64,000 bases of DNA. Source: Macrostomum hystrix (Eukaryota > Animalia > Platyhelminthes). The notes under the pieces are model-generated. The model worked only from the letters and a program-made list of their open reading frames with translations. It did not search any database and was not told the DNA's origin. Positions within the stretch are counted from its first letter, which is position 1, and every line of letters starts with the position of its first letter. Location of the stretch: assembly GCA_950097015.1 (NCBI GenBank), contig CATNEN010000038.1, forward strand, positions 17,918,001-17,982,000, given 5' to 3'. A program made the translations under genes and the position numbers. Below, piece after piece: positions 62,001 to 64,000 of the stretch.

Positions 62001-63038
62001 GCGATGCGTCGTCAGAGTCGACTACCTCGTCAATTTTTGCCTTCCCCATTGCGAGCAGCAGCTGTTTTAAGCTAGTCGGATCCTGTAGAAGCATTAATTT
62101 TTTTTGTTTTATTGTTAGTTAAAATTTTCTTTTAATAGAAGGAATCCGAAAATACCTCGAAAACCGATTCATCCAAGAACTGCGACAGCCTGTCGAGAAT
62201 GTCTGCACTGAAGCCGGTGCAACCGTGGGCAAGGCAAGCGCAGATGACCTTCCAGAGAATTGGCTTCAGTTTCATTTTCCACTCTTCGTTTTCCAATCTG
62301 GAAAGGCAGATGTGCAGATCTTTCACGCGTGTTCATTTTGTACTGAGTCATTAGTTACTAGGCTTAGCAGCCAGTTCCCACTCTCTAAATAGTTAGCCAT
62401 TGCCGCTGTATGGCCAAGCATAATCCTATCCAATTAGTTAATTTAGTTAATTAATTAGAGGTTGAGCTAAAGATTTCTAGTAGCTTTTGTCCTTTGGAAA
62501 CCGTTGGTTCGTATTCCCATTGTTTTTTTCACCGCCCTTCTGGGCCACCCGCGGAATTTCTGTCAGTGAGTTCATTCCAGCAAATCGGAGAGTTCAAATG
62601 AGCCCAGCCAATCGTATCGATGTTGTGACGTCGGCGTCTTCGCCGGACTTTATCGGAGTGTGCACAACGAACGAGAAATTCAGGACTCTCTTGGATAATA
62701 GATTCCTTCTAGACTCAGGCATAAGAAATGAGACGAGACAAAACTTTAAAAAGTACAAAACTTATGATTAAATTATACCAGAACTGAAATTCATCTCACA
62801 TGGGACCTCGCACGTGATCAATGAACCGATTCACACAGTTGTCTCCAGGAGAGTTCCTTCTGGGCCACTGTTTGTTCTCAGTCTTGTCGAACAGATCCCC
62901 CATGGCTTGCATCAAAGCAATGACATCAGTTGCAGTCATGGCCTCGTGAGGAAAGTGCTTTCTGCAGTGATCTTGCACAGCATCGTCCGCATTTTCCGCA
63001 GTAGTTTGAAAATTTAGACTTCGAAAGTAGGCATCCAT
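56057..63038 (-). CDS. Death-TIR-TIR protein copy A2: type A N-terminus, distinct C-terminal linker
   Basis: Nearly identical to A1 over 58252-63038. Last exon 57040-56057 has QFVPEAAVKESVSIKEVSTTITAGNPTGSGGGSNQRPPL in place of QFLPEVATNVSTNSMADDDGGISNHGPPM. Confidence 0.85.
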
Positions 63039-63734
63039 TCTGCTGAAGACGGAGTTTTAAAAACAGTTGTATATATAAGCACCAATATCAGCCCTTTTAA
63101 GGCAGTGTACACTCTCCTAGAAGGTTAGCTTTCAAGGGCGTAAATTGCACAACAAGCCACTAAGCTTTCTTTTCACATCTGCGCCCCAAATAAATGTGGC
63201 GTCGCCGCGGAATCGAGCTCAGGGACATTGGTGTGAGAGACAAACGCGTCCTACCACTCAATCCCATTTTACTGGATTTCTAACCGATGACTCTACTGGG
63301 CTATGTGTAACTTGTGTGTATTCTAATGTCCACAAGAAAGGAAAATGACTGACGTAGGCTGTCGGCTTTGTGAGCGTAGAAATCACGGAACTCAAACTCT
63401 GGAATCTAAGTAGTTTTAATATATTTGGTACTGCTTGATTAACTGTCATTTAGGCGCAGAATGCTCATTCGACTATAAATACTCTTTATAGTGGAATATA
63501 AAATCATGAATCAGAAATAAATTAGATGGATTTTGTCTGCGACGATCGCAAAACAGTCGTCGCAAGACCATGTGTAAAGCATGTACATTGAAGGAGACAG
63601 AGATATCTACGATATAGTACTTTAAATTTTAGTGTGATTGAGAATATATGACGAATTTATGTATATCAATTATGTATAGTTTGATTAATTAGAATTTAGT
63701 CGATGGTATTACTCCTGAAGTATCAGCATTGAAA

Positions 63735-64000
63735 TTAAAGCAGCTCGCACGTCTTCGACCTCCCAGCAGCGCTATGAACCTTCGCCAGCTTCTCTCGCTT
63801 CTTTTCGCTCATCGGAGGTCCATGGTTCGAGATGCCACCATCATCGTCATCTGCCATTGAGTTTGTTGAGACATTGGTCGCGACTTCTGGCAAAAACTGC
63901 GTCAGTCTGGCATGGATCTCCTGGAACTTCTCTCCTCGCCACGTCAGCTGATCGTCCGCGTCCTTGTACATCTGGACGTAGATGAGCTGGGTGAGCGGCA
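63735..64000 (-). CDS. 3' end of a fourth Death-TIR-TIR copy (continues beyond the window)
   Basis: YKDADDQLTWRGEKFQEIHARL...RSKTCELL*. Same 3' flank as copy B, offset 19,043 bp. Confidence 0.88.
   Translation of the reverse strand, partial: PLTQLIYVQMYKDADDQLTWRGEKFQEIHARLTQFLPEVATNVSTNSMADDDDGGISNHGPPMSEKKREKLAKVHSAAGRSKTCELL

Overview
Eukaryotic (animal) genomic DNA with GC-rich exons, GT-AG introns often filled with minisatellites, and many tRNA-derived SINEs. The style suggests an invertebrate such as a free-living flatworm (Macrostomum-like), but that is inference only. The left half carries the 3' end of HAT1, two GT32/DXD glycosyltransferase paralogs (minus strand), Mff, a probably decayed F-box/LRR gene and MTRR. 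It also holds two head-to-tail non-autonomous Helitrons (one containing a Tc1/IS630 remnant), a decayed P-element/THAP9-type transposon with TIRs and TSD, a MITE, a degenerate 28S rDNA fragment and about a dozen tandem repeats. The right half (37.0-64.0 kb) is the main point of interest. It is a tandem array of at least four minus-strand genes encoding [long helical N-terminal region]-[coiled coil]-[Death]-[TIR]-[TIR]-[CaaX-like tail]. The ~2.2-kb signalling cassette is nearly identical between copies, introns included. The N-terminal region comes in two deeply diverged versions that keep the same exon scaffold, and the join falls at a sharp mid-exon breakpoint. Mosaic SNP patterns indicate gene conversion or unequal crossover. 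Together this resembles a 'variable sensor + constant signalling/NADase module' innate-immune receptor array. Exon boundaries were read by eye, and domain calls come from motif recognition, not database searches.
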